Assembly (NCBI GenBank): GCA_964630075.1
Contig: CAZVTL010000001.1
Location: 3,269 to 47,736, forward strand
Origin: an uncultured Tangfeifania sp.
GTDB lineage: Bacteria > Bacteroidota > Bacteroidia > Bacteroidales > Prolixibacteraceae
Reading direction: 5' to 3'
DNA: 44,468 nucleotides
Below the pieces are notes generated by a model that worked only from the letters and a program-made list of their open reading frames with translations, did not search any database and was not told the origin of the DNA. Each line of letters begins with the position of its first letter. The first letter of the stretch is position 1. Made by a program: the position numbers and the translations under genes. Positions 35,821 to 44,468 of the stretch are shown in pieces.

Positions 35821-37737
35821 CTAAGGTATAAAAAATTCTATTGTGGTCTCTGTCCCCTTACCCGGATTGCTAAAAATTTCAAATCGACCATTGAAGGCCA
35901 GAACCCTGTCACGGATATTTCTCAATCCTTTCCCTGTACTGGTAGTATCAGTTTTTACAGGGTCAAATCCAATCCCATCATCATTAATCTGAATGCACAC
36001 CCGGTCTTTTTCCGCAAACAATTGAACCGCTATCTGCTTGGCATTGGCATGCTTAATCGCATTGTTAACCAATTCCTGCGAGATTCTGTAAAGGGTAATT
36101 TCCAATTCCTTGCTGTAACGCAAAACTTCGCCAAAGGTGTCCATCCTGATGACCGGTAATCCATCCGGCTCAACCTGCTTGATAAAATCAGCAAGGGCAA
36201 CACCCAAACCGTAATGCACCAGCGTTTCAGGCATCAGATTGTGTGCAACCCTGCGCATTTCTGTGATAGAGCTATCCAATAAATCAAGGGCATGGTTAAA
36301 ATGTGCCAGATTCTCGCTGGTGATGATCGAATTCTCCTTCATAGAAAATAATTTTAGTTTAACTCCGGTAAGCAATCCTCCCAAACCATCGTGCAAATCA
36401 CCGGCCAATCGCGATCGTTCGGCCTCCTCTCCCCGCAGAACAGACTTGGCTGCAGTCAACTGTCTCTCCTTTTCTAGTTCAATCAGCTGTTGCTCCTTCA
36501 ACTCCAATTTCTGATCCGCAATTGTTTTCTTGTTACGGATGTTCTTGAATGCCATCCAACCAAACAAGGAAAACAGCAACAAAGTGGCCAAAAGGGTGAA
36601 GATCACCCAGGCTCTTTGCTTTTTGACCATCGTTAACCGCTCAATTTCCACTTGTTTTTTTTCGGTTTGGTAACGCGTTTCCAGCTCAAAGATTTGCCTT
36701 GACTTTTCATTGTTGTAAACCGAATCGCGAATGGTCATGTATTGGGTATAGTATTTCAATGCATCTTTGTAGTCCTTCAGGTTTGCATGTGTTTGGGCCA
36801 GGGCTTCATACAAAAATTGGATCCCCTCCTTTTCATTGGTCCTTTCACTTATATATTCAGCCGATTTAAAACACTTCAGAGCCAGCTCATACTTTTGCAG
36901 CCGATTGTAGATATTACCCAGATAAAATGAGTTGGAAGAAATTGATGAACTATCCTTTTGTTCGAGATAATAATCCTGTGCTTTCACTGCGTAACCCAGA
37001 GCAATTTCAGGTTTTCCCATCCGATTATAAGCAGCTCCAATATTGAGATTGGTATTGGCAACACCCTCCTTGTTGCCGGTCTTTAAACATAGGAGCATAA
37101 CTTGCTTCAAATACTTAATTCCTGTCTCCTTGTCCACAATGATTTGTTCCTGAGAACGCCTTTCACAAAACTCTCGTGAGAGATGCGCTGATGCAATGTG
37201 ACTAAGTGCTGTGGAAATCCCTAGCGTGTCGTTCAGTTTTTGATAGATGGAGAGTGCCTTTTCATTGTATTCCAATATCTTTCCGAAGATCTCCTGAAGA
37301 TAATAAACATGCCCAATTGCTTCACAAAGATGTGCTATCCGGGATTCATTCATTAATTTCTCTTCAATTCTGATGGCATCCAGAAAACAAGCTGTTGCAC
37401 TAGTGAAATCCTCTCCCGACATATAAAAATTACCCTTTTTCTGTAAGGCAATGGAGACCTGTGACATCAATCCTGCTTCTGCGGCGCTCTCTATTGCCAA
37501 ATTAATAAAATTCAATGCCGAATCATTTTTAGTCTTTTCAAAGGCGCTAAAAGCCTTCAAATATTGGTTGAATTTTACTGAATCTTGTGGCTTAACCAAA
37601 ATCTGATTAAAATCAGAATTGAGCAAATTCTTGACAAGCAAATCCGAAAGTCCACCTGAATGCCCGGAATTTACTCCAAAAAGAGACAGCGAAGAGAAAA
37701 GAAGAATAAAAGAGCCCGCAATAACCCGAATTCTCAT
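35821..37737 (-). CDS. TPR-repeat sensor histidine kinase (HisKA_3/NarX-LiaS type)
   Basis: Start moved to ATG 37737 (MRIRVIAGSFILLFSSLSLFG). It has a ~7-TPR periplasmic part, TM WVIFTLLATLLLFSLFGWMAF, H-box AGDLHDGLGG, N-box NNAIKHANA and G-boxes DDGIGF and GKGLRNIRDR. Confidence 0.85.
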   Translation of the reverse strand: MRIRVIAGSFILLFSSLSLFGVNSGHSGGLSDLLVKNLLNSDFNQILVKPQDSVKFNQYLKAFSAFEKTKNDSALNFINLAIESAAEAGLMSQVSIALQKKGNFYMSGEDFTSATACFLDAIRIEEKLMNESRIAHLCEAIGHVYYLQEIFGKILEYNEKALSIYQKLNDTLGISTALSHIASAHLSREFCERRSQEQIIVDKETGIKYLKQVMLLCLKTGNKEGVANTNLNIGAAYNRMGKPEIALGYAVKAQDYYLEQKDSSSISSNSFYLGNIYNRLQKYELALKCFKSAEYISERTNEKEGIQFLYEALAQTHANLKDYKDALKYYTQYMTIRDSVYNNEKSRQIFELETRYQTEKKQVEIERLTMVKKQRAWVIFTLLATLLLFSLFGWMAFKNIRNKKTIADQKLELKEQQLIELEKERQLTAAKSVLRGEEAERSRLAGDLHDGLGGLLTGVKLKLFSMKENSIITSENLAHFNHALDLLDSSITEMRRVAHNLMPETLVHYGLGVALADFIKQVEPDGLPVIRMDTFGEVLRYSKELEITLYRISQELVNNAIKHANAKQIAVQLFAEKDRVCIQINDDGIGFDPVKTDTTSTGKGLRNIRDRVLAFNGRFEIFSNPGKGTETTIEFFIP

Positions 37738-37758
37738 GGTAGAACTTTTAAGTATTAG

Positions 37759-37766
37759 CAAAAATA
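37759..37766 (-). promoter_or_regulatory. Candidate -7 box (TAttTTTG on minus strand) for the kinase/regulator operon
   Basis: Plus-strand CAAAAATA lies 22 nt upstream of ATG 37737. Its position also argues against the longer 37824 start. This is a motif match only. Confidence 0.35.
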
Positions 37767-38064
37767 AAAGCTGAAACAAATACCTACATCGCCTAAAAAG
37801 GGGATTTATTTTTGGAATCATCACAAATCACCTTTTTAGGGGATGTATGGCTAGGTCTGACTCTTTAAATTTACGGTAAAATATTCAAAGTATGCGAAGT
37901 AGAAATAATTTTTCAAAAGAGAACTATCAGGAAGCCACCAAAAAACCAAAACATATTTACAATTATTTCTATTGGTACAATCAATCTCCAATCTAAAAGC
38001 CTCCGAAACCCAAGGAACCATTCTTGGATTAGAACTAAACTTTATAAACCCAAATTATATACTG

Positions 38065-39321
38065 ATGAAAACAATTAAATTTATTTTTGCCGCCATCTTC
38101 TGCATGGCACTAACCAATCTAAGCGCCCAAATCAAAGTAAAGGAAAAAGTTGTCGAACAGACCACCAACAGGGCCAACAGCAAAGTTGACGAAGGCATTG
38201 ATGCAGGGCTAAATGCAGTTGAAAAAGGGGTAAAGGATATGTTCAAGAAGAAGAAAAAACCTGCCGCAGAAGAATTGCCAAAGGAACAAAAACAAGAAGT
38301 TCAGGAATTGCAACCTCAATCAGAATCAAAAACTTCCCTGGCTGCTTATTCCAAATTCGATTTTATTCCTGGAGAGAAGGTCATTTTTTACGACGATTTC
38401 AGCCAGGATAAAGTAGGTGATTTTCCTGCATTGTGGTTTTCAAATGGTTCCGGGGAGGTAGTTACACTCAACAATTACCCGGGTAACTGGCTAAGCTTTG
38501 CCGCCTCCGGGGCTTATTATCCTGATCACAACTTACTGACAACTGATAATTTCACGGTCGAATTTGATATGATCTTCAACTTTGACGAGGGTGTTTCCTT
38601 TGGAGCAGGCTTCTACATCGTTTCAGGAAACATCAAAGACCCAGGCGAAGGAGGCGCTGTTCCTGGCAAAGCAGGTGTTAAGACCGTATTTTCACCTTTA
38701 GACATTCAACTTTCAGGCTACGAAAATGGCTCATATACCATTAGCGGTGAAGGTTCCAATATCATAAAATCCGGAGAGAAAGTTCATTATTCTTATTGGA
38801 TCCAAAAACAACGGCTACGTATCTATGCAAATGAGAAAAAAGTAGTTGATGCTCCGCGTATCATACCAGCTGGCTACAAATTCAATATGCTTCGGTTTGA
38901 ACTTGATGATTCAAAACCATTTATTGCCAATTTCAGGGTGGCTGCAGGTTTACCTGATACACGCAATAAACTGATTACTGAAGGGAAATTGGTTACTTAT
39001 GGTATCTATTTCGATGTCAATAAAGATGTAGTAAAACCCGAATCTTACGGGACCTTGAAGGAGATTGCTTCTATTTTAAATGAAGTTCCGGACGTAAAAG
39101 TGAAAATTTTCGGACATACCGACTCAGATGGTGATGACGCCAAAAACATGGATCTGTCAAAACGCCGTGCTGCATCCGTTAAAGCAGAACTTGTTAAATC
39201 CTTCGGTGTAAAAGCAAGCCAGATGGAAACCGATGGAATGGGCGAGACCAAACCTGTTGCACCAAACGACACCCCGGTAAATAAGGCACTCAACCGCAGG
39301 GTGGAGTTTATTAAACTTTAG
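38065..39321 (+). CDS. OmpA-family protein: signal peptide, Lys/Glu-rich linker, jelly-roll-like middle domain, C-terminal OmpA peptidoglycan-binding domain
   Basis: ATG 38065 gives MKTIKFIFAAIFCMALTNLSAQ. The C-terminus has VKIFGHTDSDGDDAKNMDLSKRRAASV...NRRVEF. The middle FIPGEKVIFYDDFSQDKVGDFPALWF... resembles ConA/LamG-like (DUF1080-type) beginnings. Confidence 0.8.
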   Translation: MKTIKFIFAAIFCMALTNLSAQIKVKEKVVEQTTNRANSKVDEGIDAGLNAVEKGVKDMFKKKKKPAAEELPKEQKQEVQELQPQSESKTSLAAYSKFDFIPGEKVIFYDDFSQDKVGDFPALWFSNGSGEVVTLNNYPGNWLSFAASGAYYPDHNLLTTDNFTVEFDMIFNFDEGVSFGAGFYIVSGNIKDPGEGGAVPGKAGVKTVFSPLDIQLSGYENGSYTISGEGSNIIKSGEKVHYSYWIQKQRLRIYANEKKVVDAPRIIPAGYKFNMLRFELDDSKPFIANFRVAAGLPDTRNKLITEGKLVTYGIYFDVNKDVVKPESYGTLKEIASILNEVPDVKVKIFGHTDSDGDDAKNMDLSKRRAASVKAELVKSFGVKASQMETDGMGETKPVAPNDTPVNKALNRRVEFIKL

Positions 39322-39351
39322 TACGGTTAGATATTCAATCTCATTTATTTC

Positions 39352-39408
39352 AAAAGATTCTCATCAGGTGCGAAAAACACTTCATGAGAATCTTTTAAAG
39401 ATTTTTTG
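39352..39408 (+). terminator. Candidate rho-independent terminator after the OmpA-family gene
   Basis: AAAAGATTCTCAT (39352-39364) pairs perfectly with ATGAGAATCTTTT (39384-39396), and the run AAAGATTTTTTG follows. The stem is AT-rich, so its strength is uncertain. Confidence 0.45.
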
Positions 39409-39546
39409 CCCCTTTCTGAATTCAATTCAATGAACTAATCCAAAGTAAAATGAAACGAACATGTTGTTTCCCAACACCCAAGGGTATGATAATATTGTCA
39501 TCAACATGGAGTTCCATACTACCTCTAAAAAACTAATTATCAAATT

Positions 39547-40227
39547 ATGAAAAAACTATTTGTTATTACAATCATCATTCTCAGCGGGATGGTATCCCGG
39601 TCTCAGGAAATTTTCTTCCCTGCCAAAGAGGGAATCGTTCTTGTTTACAAATCGTTCGACAAGAAAGATAAGATGACGAACCAAATAAGAAATACCATCA
39701 AGAAGGTGAATATCAATGGTGAAAATATGGATATTACCTACCTATGCGAATCCATAGATCCCAAAGACAAACCGATATTTAAGGAGGATATAACCATCCA
39801 TAAAAAAGGGGACATACTTTTTTTCGACATGGGCAATTTCATCAACAAATCCATGTTCCAGCAGAATGGTGAAATTCCAGCTGATCTTCAGATAAAGGGA
39901 AACAACATGGAGATCCCCTCCAACCCTAAACCCGGAGACGTACTTCCCGAGGCAAGTGTTGAAATGTCAATGAAAATGGGCTTCATCACCATGAAAATGT
40001 CCGCCCTGATCGCTAACCGTAAAGTAGAAGCCGTTGAAGATATATCAGTTAAGGCCGGTACATTTAAGAGTTACAAGTTTACGGGTGATGTTAATGCCAC
40101 CGCAATGGGTATTAAAGTTCAAACCAACGTCATAGAATGGTATGCCAAAGGGGTAGGAATTGTTAAAACAGAAACCTACGAAAAAGGCAAATTGCAGTCA
40201 TACACCGAACTAATAGAGATTAAATAA
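39547..40227 (+). CDS. Exported beta-rich protein of unknown function
   Basis: 226-codon ORF with signal peptide MKKLFVITIIILSGMVSRSQ. I recognise no family motif. Confidence 0.65.
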   Translation: MKKLFVITIIILSGMVSRSQEIFFPAKEGIVLVYKSFDKKDKMTNQIRNTIKKVNINGENMDITYLCESIDPKDKPIFKEDITIHKKGDILFFDMGNFINKSMFQQNGEIPADLQIKGNNMEIPSNPKPGDVLPEASVEMSMKMGFITMKMSALIANRKVEAVEDISVKAGTFKSYKFTGDVNATAMGIKVQTNVIEWYAKGVGIVKTETYEKGKLQSYTELIEIK

Positions 40228-40316
40228 TTGGCAATTTATTACTAGAACGGCATCAAGGTATTTGGCTTTGAAGATTAATTGACAATCCAGGGTTATTCTG
40301 TTTAAGACTGCGAACC

Positions 40317-42467
40317 ATGAAATTCTCCTTATTTCTCCTTCTTTTTTTATTTGTTAACCTTTTTTCTTTTGCCCAACCTGATCATATCAAACGGCTTATG
40401 GAAAAAATGCAAACAGGCAAGGAACTGACTGAGGCCGAAGAGCAAGCCATGGTGAAATGGGCGGAATCCATGGATAAAGACCCGAATGTACCGAAGAAGC
40501 CTGCTGCTCCCGATGCTAAGAAAGCAAACATATCAGGCACAGCAGGCTTATGCCCCAAGGTTTTGCCAGCAAAACCAACTATAACTCCATTAACAACTGA
40601 AACTTATGTCTCACTTGCCAAGTCGTTAATGGCTTCCTACGGCCCAAAAATGGGAGTTGAAATCGCAATGTTAGACAAGCAGCTTGGTTCCGGAAAACCT
40701 ACCGGCGGAGCCGATTTGGGAGCAATGTACAGCATGATCGGAGCAGGCTCTGCCACCATTTATGCAACGGCCTGGAGTGCGGTGAAGATCCCTGCTGATG
40801 TTCTGACAGCCAACAACCTGGGTGTTGCATTGAAGGGAATGGGCGAATTCACCACAGCAATTCAGGTTCTGCTTTATGCCTACAAATTAAAACCCAATGT
40901 ACCGCTGATCTCTATTAACCTGGGTTGGGCTTACCGCGAAATGGGGGATCCATTCAATGCTAAACTGATGTTCGAACGCGCACTGCAATTGGCACCAGAT
41001 TTACCATCCCCACAGCTTGGACTGGGCCTGATAGCCGAATGTGAAGGTAACCATGCCAAGGCTTTGCAACTTCTGCGCAAGGCCCTTGCCGGAAGATATT
41101 CCGCTGCTGGCATTGCTGCCTACAAGCAGGCCAAGGCGGCTCAGTCAAACATCAAATCTGGCAATCAGAATCAATCGGTTGCAACTGAAAAAGGAGAGAC
41201 AAAAGAGTTTGATATCCCCGAATTGCCCGTTTTTGACAGCAAAGGTAAAATGGAACAAGCCGGAGCAATACTCAACAACTATTCAGAGAAATTAGATTCC
41301 CGGATTGGTGCATTACAGGAATTATATCTTTCGTTAGGAAAGATAGTCAGCCAACAAAGCGCGAAAGCCAACCAAAACCCAGATAATTCTATCGTATTCT
41401 CGCGCGATTTCTCGAAAGAATTGTTTATGCTCCAAGATATTTATGAACTTCTGTGGGGGGAAAGCAGCAATTGGGCAAAAAAAGTTGATGAGGCTAAAAA
41501 CCTTCTCGCAAAGATTCATGCCATGGTGGAGCAAGATGCCCCTATTATGTTGCAAATGACGGAGAAAGGTGTTCAATTAAACTTGGAAGCTATTCAATTG
41601 CAGGAACTGCTGAATAAAGAGGTGGAAGCATGTGGTACGAATGATCTTTGTATTAAAAAAGCAGAAGCTAAATACAATAAAGCCATGGCACCCATAACCA
41701 CTGAAATGGATCAGTTAGAATTCCGCATCTGTAAGTTATCCAAAAGTGAGATGGATGTCTCGTTTGCCAATGCGTGTAAAGCATGGAAAATCGTATCAGA
41801 TGAATTGAAATCAAACAGTCTTGATTATTATGCCTTTACCAATCCAATTGTCGAAAAAATTTATGCGCCGAGTTTAAACGAATTGCAGAATGTTTACAGG
41901 GAACTTGTTGTTTTATCGGCTCAGAAGTATGTTTTGGGGATAGCATCAGGATTGCCCGATGATGTCAAATCGTACAATGAGCTAAAATGTGTTGAACCTG
42001 AACCTCCACAGGCTGCCTCAACTGTCAAGGATCCGAAATTACCTAAAATAGAGAAAGCCCCCTGCCCGCTAGGTGAACAGGGATTTAACTTTGGTTTGGG
42101 CGGCATTTCGTTTAAATTAAACTGCGAACGTGCAGAAATATCTGGTGGAGAAGGATTTTTGTGGTCAGCAAAACGCGATTTTGGTAAACAGCAAACCATT
42201 GTTTGGGGCGCTGTGGGTGCAAAAGCGGAATATGGCTACGGAAATTTAACGGGTGAAGCTTCTGTTGGTGTAGAAGTAACTATCGGTAAAGGTGCGGTAC
42301 AGGATGTTGCCCTCACCAGCAGTGTAAAAGCCGGCTTGGGGGGTTTGGTTGAAGGAGAAGTGAGTGGCCGTTTATCCCTCGAGGATGGTGCCTCAATTGA
42401 AGGAACCGGTGAATTTGTTCCGCCGGGCATCCAGGATATATTGGTTTCACCAAATACTGGCGAATAG
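40317..42467 (+). CDS. Exported TPR-repeat protein with helical middle region and Gly-rich beta C-terminus, unknown function
   Basis: Signal peptide MKFSLFLLLFLFVNLFSFAQ. TPR-like run ANNLGVALKGMGEF...INLGWAYREMGDPFNAKLMFERALQLAPD...GNHAKALQLLRKAL. C-terminus GLGGISFKL...GAVGAKAEYGYGNLTGEASVGVEVTIGKG...GLGGLVEGEVSG. Confidence 0.7.
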   Translation: MKFSLFLLLFLFVNLFSFAQPDHIKRLMEKMQTGKELTEAEEQAMVKWAESMDKDPNVPKKPAAPDAKKANISGTAGLCPKVLPAKPTITPLTTETYVSLAKSLMASYGPKMGVEIAMLDKQLGSGKPTGGADLGAMYSMIGAGSATIYATAWSAVKIPADVLTANNLGVALKGMGEFTTAIQVLLYAYKLKPNVPLISINLGWAYREMGDPFNAKLMFERALQLAPDLPSPQLGLGLIAECEGNHAKALQLLRKALAGRYSAAGIAAYKQAKAAQSNIKSGNQNQSVATEKGETKEFDIPELPVFDSKGKMEQAGAILNNYSEKLDSRIGALQELYLSLGKIVSQQSAKANQNPDNSIVFSRDFSKELFMLQDIYELLWGESSNWAKKVDEAKNLLAKIHAMVEQDAPIMLQMTEKGVQLNLEAIQLQELLNKEVEACGTNDLCIKKAEAKYNKAMAPITTEMDQLEFRICKLSKSEMDVSFANACKAWKIVSDELKSNSLDYYAFTNPIVEKIYAPSLNELQNVYRELVVLSAQKYVLGIASGLPDDVKSYNELKCVEPEPPQAASTVKDPKLPKIEKAPCPLGEQGFNFGLGGISFKLNCERAEISGGEGFLWSAKRDFGKQQTIVWGAVGAKAEYGYGNLTGEASVGVEVTIGKGAVQDVALTSSVKAGLGGLVEGEVSGRLSLEDGASIEGTGEFVPPGIQDILVSPNTGE

Positions 42468-42512
42468 ATAAGTTTGAATTAAAAAACACAAAAATATCTT
42501 AATACATTGATT

Positions 42513-43493
42513 ATGAAACTAATGATCACTTTTAGTATTTTATTTCTATTCAATTGGTGTGCTTTTTCACAAAAAACGCCTGAATCTTTTTTAGGGATTA
42601 TGCCTTCGCCCCCTTCTGGTATCTGTGGCATGTCATCCGCCAACATCAGTCCATTCGCTGAAAAAGTAAATAAGCTATCTTCTCAAATTGAGGAGGAAAT
42701 CAAAAAAAGGAAAGAAGAGAGAAGTAGTCATTTGGAGGATGACAAAACAAAGATGTTGCAAAACCTGGCTGGTCAGACAGGACTTTCAGCGGCAGATATG
42801 GCAAAACTACAGGGTGGTGGCCAACTATCGGAAGCCGAAGGGATGGCATTGGCCAACAGGATGATGGGGCAAAAATACAACATGTCGGTTGAAGAAGCCA
42901 AAAAAGTGGGTAAAATGGGTAAAGAGGGACAGAAAGCGTGGGCTGAAGGTTACAGTGCCGAAATGATGGCTGAGGCACAAGCTGACCCTGACAAATTCAA
43001 GAAGGATCAAACAAAGAACAAGAAGATATTTGATCTGGTTGCTGAACAAAGCCAACTTGCCACACAGCTCCAAGCCGAGGAGGCAATAATCCAAAACAGA
43101 TTGGACGAGATCAATCAAAAAGACACAATAGAGCGTAAGAGGCTCAACGAGCTACTTGCACCATTGGAGGCAGAGGCCAATTCGACGTCTATCAGTGAAG
43201 CCAGATTGAAAGCAATTGCTTTGCAAATGTACAGCCTGAGGTTAAGATACTGTCAAATAATGACTCCGTTATATGTCGAATTAGTGAACCGCCGTTTGGT
43301 GATTGTAAAGGCCAATCTCCCGTTGAAATATCGGTTGCAAGAAGTTTCCGATGAATTGACGGCTATACAAACAGGGGCAAAAAATGAAAAGGTTGCACCC
43401 GACCTGATGGCCTTGGATTCCGTTTACCGTTACATTACTTTTCTAGGAAATGTTTTCAAATACTATCCAGGGGAGAAGCCAGACAATCAATAA
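42513..43493 (+). CDS. Exported coiled-coil protein of unknown function
   Basis: ATG 42513 gives MKLMITFSILFLFNWCAFSQ. The sequence is long, charged and heptad-like (SSQIEEEIKKRKEERSSHLEDDKTKM..., LATQLQAEEAIIQNRLDEINQKD...). It starts 45 nt after the upstream stop. Confidence 0.65.
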   Translation: MKLMITFSILFLFNWCAFSQKTPESFLGIMPSPPSGICGMSSANISPFAEKVNKLSSQIEEEIKKRKEERSSHLEDDKTKMLQNLAGQTGLSAADMAKLQGGGQLSEAEGMALANRMMGQKYNMSVEEAKKVGKMGKEGQKAWAEGYSAEMMAEAQADPDKFKKDQTKNKKIFDLVAEQSQLATQLQAEEAIIQNRLDEINQKDTIERKRLNELLAPLEAEANSTSISEARLKAIALQMYSLRLRYCQIMTPLYVELVNRRLVIVKANLPLKYRLQEVSDELTAIQTGAKNEKVAPDLMALDSVYRYITFLGNVFKYYPGEKPDNQ

Positions 43494-43495
43494 AT

Positions 43496-44386
43496 ATGAA
43501 ACAATTATTTCTAATCATGCTTTTAGTTTTTGCTTTTACAGCGATAAAGGCTCAAAATAGTGGTGGAAATGCCTCGGATATCAGGAAGCAGATGGCAACA
43601 ATCAGGCAATCTACCAATTGGGATGATCCTGAAGCAGCAAAAAAAGCAAATGACCAGATTCGTGAACTATCAAAAAAGCTAATGTTGGCCGGAAAAGCAC
43701 CAGCAGATCTACCAAACAACCTGTCGAAAGAAGAGGCTGATCGGGTAAAAGAGGAAGCCGTGGACGATAAAATGAAGATGATCGGACAGATCATGAAAAG
43801 TGTTGCCGGAGGTGAAGGTGCAGATATTCGCCTGGGCGAGCCTGTTCGCGAAGAAATTGTTGAAGACTATCAAAAGGAGGATGATAAAACCATCAAAAAT
43901 TCAGAATTCCTTCAATCTATGACGTTTTTGCTAATCAACATGTCTATGCCGGGTATAGACTTGGTTATCAAGCAGATGCCAAATTTTAAAGGAATAAAAA
44001 TGTTGGTGATTATTTCAGGAGGGAAAGCTGTTTCCACTGATTTTCAAACCATTCTGAATAATGCAAAAGGATATCCCCTTGAGAGTTTGTACATTACTGA
44101 TTTCGGAATATTTTTGGATAAACTACCACCCCAGGTTTTCAAGTTTAGTAATTTGCAGAAATTAGGCCTTTATAACAACAGAATTAACTCCCTTCCTCCT
44201 GAGATGGAAAGTTTTGCCAATCTCAAAGAACTATACGTTGATGTTAATCCGATAACAACTTTGTCACCCTGGATAGCAAAATTGAGCAATTTGCAAAAAC
44301 TTGGAATTGGCAATACAAAAATCTCAACAACCGATATTGCAGCCATTAAAACTCAATTGCCAAACTGCCAAATACTTGAAAAATGA
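43496..44386 (+). CDS. Exported leucine-rich-repeat (LRR) protein
   Basis: Signal peptide MKQLFLIMLLVFAFTAIKAQ. C-terminal LRRs: FSNLQKLGLYNNRINSLPPEMESFANLKELYVDVNPITTLSPWIAKLSNLQKLGIGNTKIS. It starts 2 nt after the upstream stop. Confidence 0.75.
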   Translation: MKQLFLIMLLVFAFTAIKAQNSGGNASDIRKQMATIRQSTNWDDPEAAKKANDQIRELSKKLMLAGKAPADLPNNLSKEEADRVKEEAVDDKMKMIGQIMKSVAGGEGADIRLGEPVREEIVEDYQKEDDKTIKNSEFLQSMTFLLINMSMPGIDLVIKQMPNFKGIKMLVIISGGKAVSTDFQTILNNAKGYPLESLYITDFGIFLDKLPPQVFKFSNLQKLGLYNNRINSLPPEMESFANLKELYVDVNPITTLSPWIAKLSNLQKLGIGNTKISTTDIAAIKTQLPNCQILEK

Positions 44387-44468
44387 GACGATTAAAACTA
44401 TTTTTTGTTTTCATGCTCGCGTTCAATTTATCAGGAATATTGAGTGCAAAACCGCAATTTATGATTGT
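44383..44468 (+). CDS. Exported protein, 3'-truncated by the window edge (continues the operon)
   Basis: ATGA start/stop overlap with the LRR gene. MRRLKLFFVFMLAFNLSGILSAKPQFMI... is signal-peptide-like. Only 28 codons are visible. Confidence 0.45.
   Translation, partial: MRRLKLFFVFMLAFNLSGILSAKPQFMI

Noticed and set aside
39352-39408. Treating the OmpA-family gene as definitely separate from the downstream operon
   Set aside because: The hairpin is AT-rich and the T-run is interrupted, so read-through is plausible. I kept it as a moderate-confidence terminator and did not exclude OmpA from the candidate system.
648-42512. Upstream-extended start codons given by the ORF track (648 TTG, 2941 TTG, 5195, 6231, 23338, 34519, 37824, 37972, 42507 TTG)
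   Set aside because: In each case an internal ATG a few codons downstream yields a canonical signal peptide or family-typical N-terminus and removes overlap with the preceding gene. The extended versions add non-conserved-looking residues.
35156-44468. Genomic island or mobile element call for the lower-GC distal block
   Set aside because: No integrase, transposase, tRNA target, direct-repeat boundaries or conjugation genes are visible in the window. The compositional shift alone is insufficient.

Overview
This 44.5-kb chromosomal window looks like Bacteroidota. Supporting signs are TAnnTTTG-type -7 boxes, many signal-peptide and lipoprotein N-termini, GH97/GH2/GH27/GH88/GH95-like glycosidases and a TPR-type histidine kinase. 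All family calls come from motifs I recognise by eye; no search was run. I support 29 protein-coding genes (2 cut by the window edges). I saw no rRNA, tRNA, CRISPR array, integrase or transposase. The window falls into four blocks. (1) 1-17.5 kb is a CAZyme locus without SusC/SusD. It holds a GH95-like enzyme, an S1 sulfatase, a small Tudor-like protein, a URO-D-family protein, a GH43-like propeller, an unknown 535-aa secreted protein and a GH88 lipoprotein. It also holds a cytochrome b561-like membrane protein, an 858-aa triple-esterase fusion, two PQQ/BamB-like beta-propeller paralogs and a GH97. (2) 17.6-31.1 kb holds a stand-alone AAA+/DUF4143 ATPase, then an AraC regulator divergent from a tightly packed operon of MFS sugar porter, GH97, GH2-like, GH27 and DUF5107-TPR. 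(3) 31.2-34.5 kb holds housekeeping-type DPP-IV (S9) and a YqjM/NamA-type flavin oxidoreductase. (4) After a 636-bp ORF-free AT-rich spacer, 35.2-44.5 kb shows a different codon-usage signature. It encodes a TPR sensor kinase plus LuxR-type response regulator, divergent from a run of at least 6 exported proteins of unknown function: OmpA-domain, beta-rich, TPR plus Gly-rich, coiled-coil, LRR and a further partial gene. This last block is my best candidate for an undescribed envelope system. Non-coding structure worth noting: three ~95-bp covarying palindromes built from CACNAAG octamer units, two related arrays of CACRGAG units with exact 10-nt phasing, and three 32-33-bp AT-rich tandem repeats filling the gap upstream of the ATPase gene.
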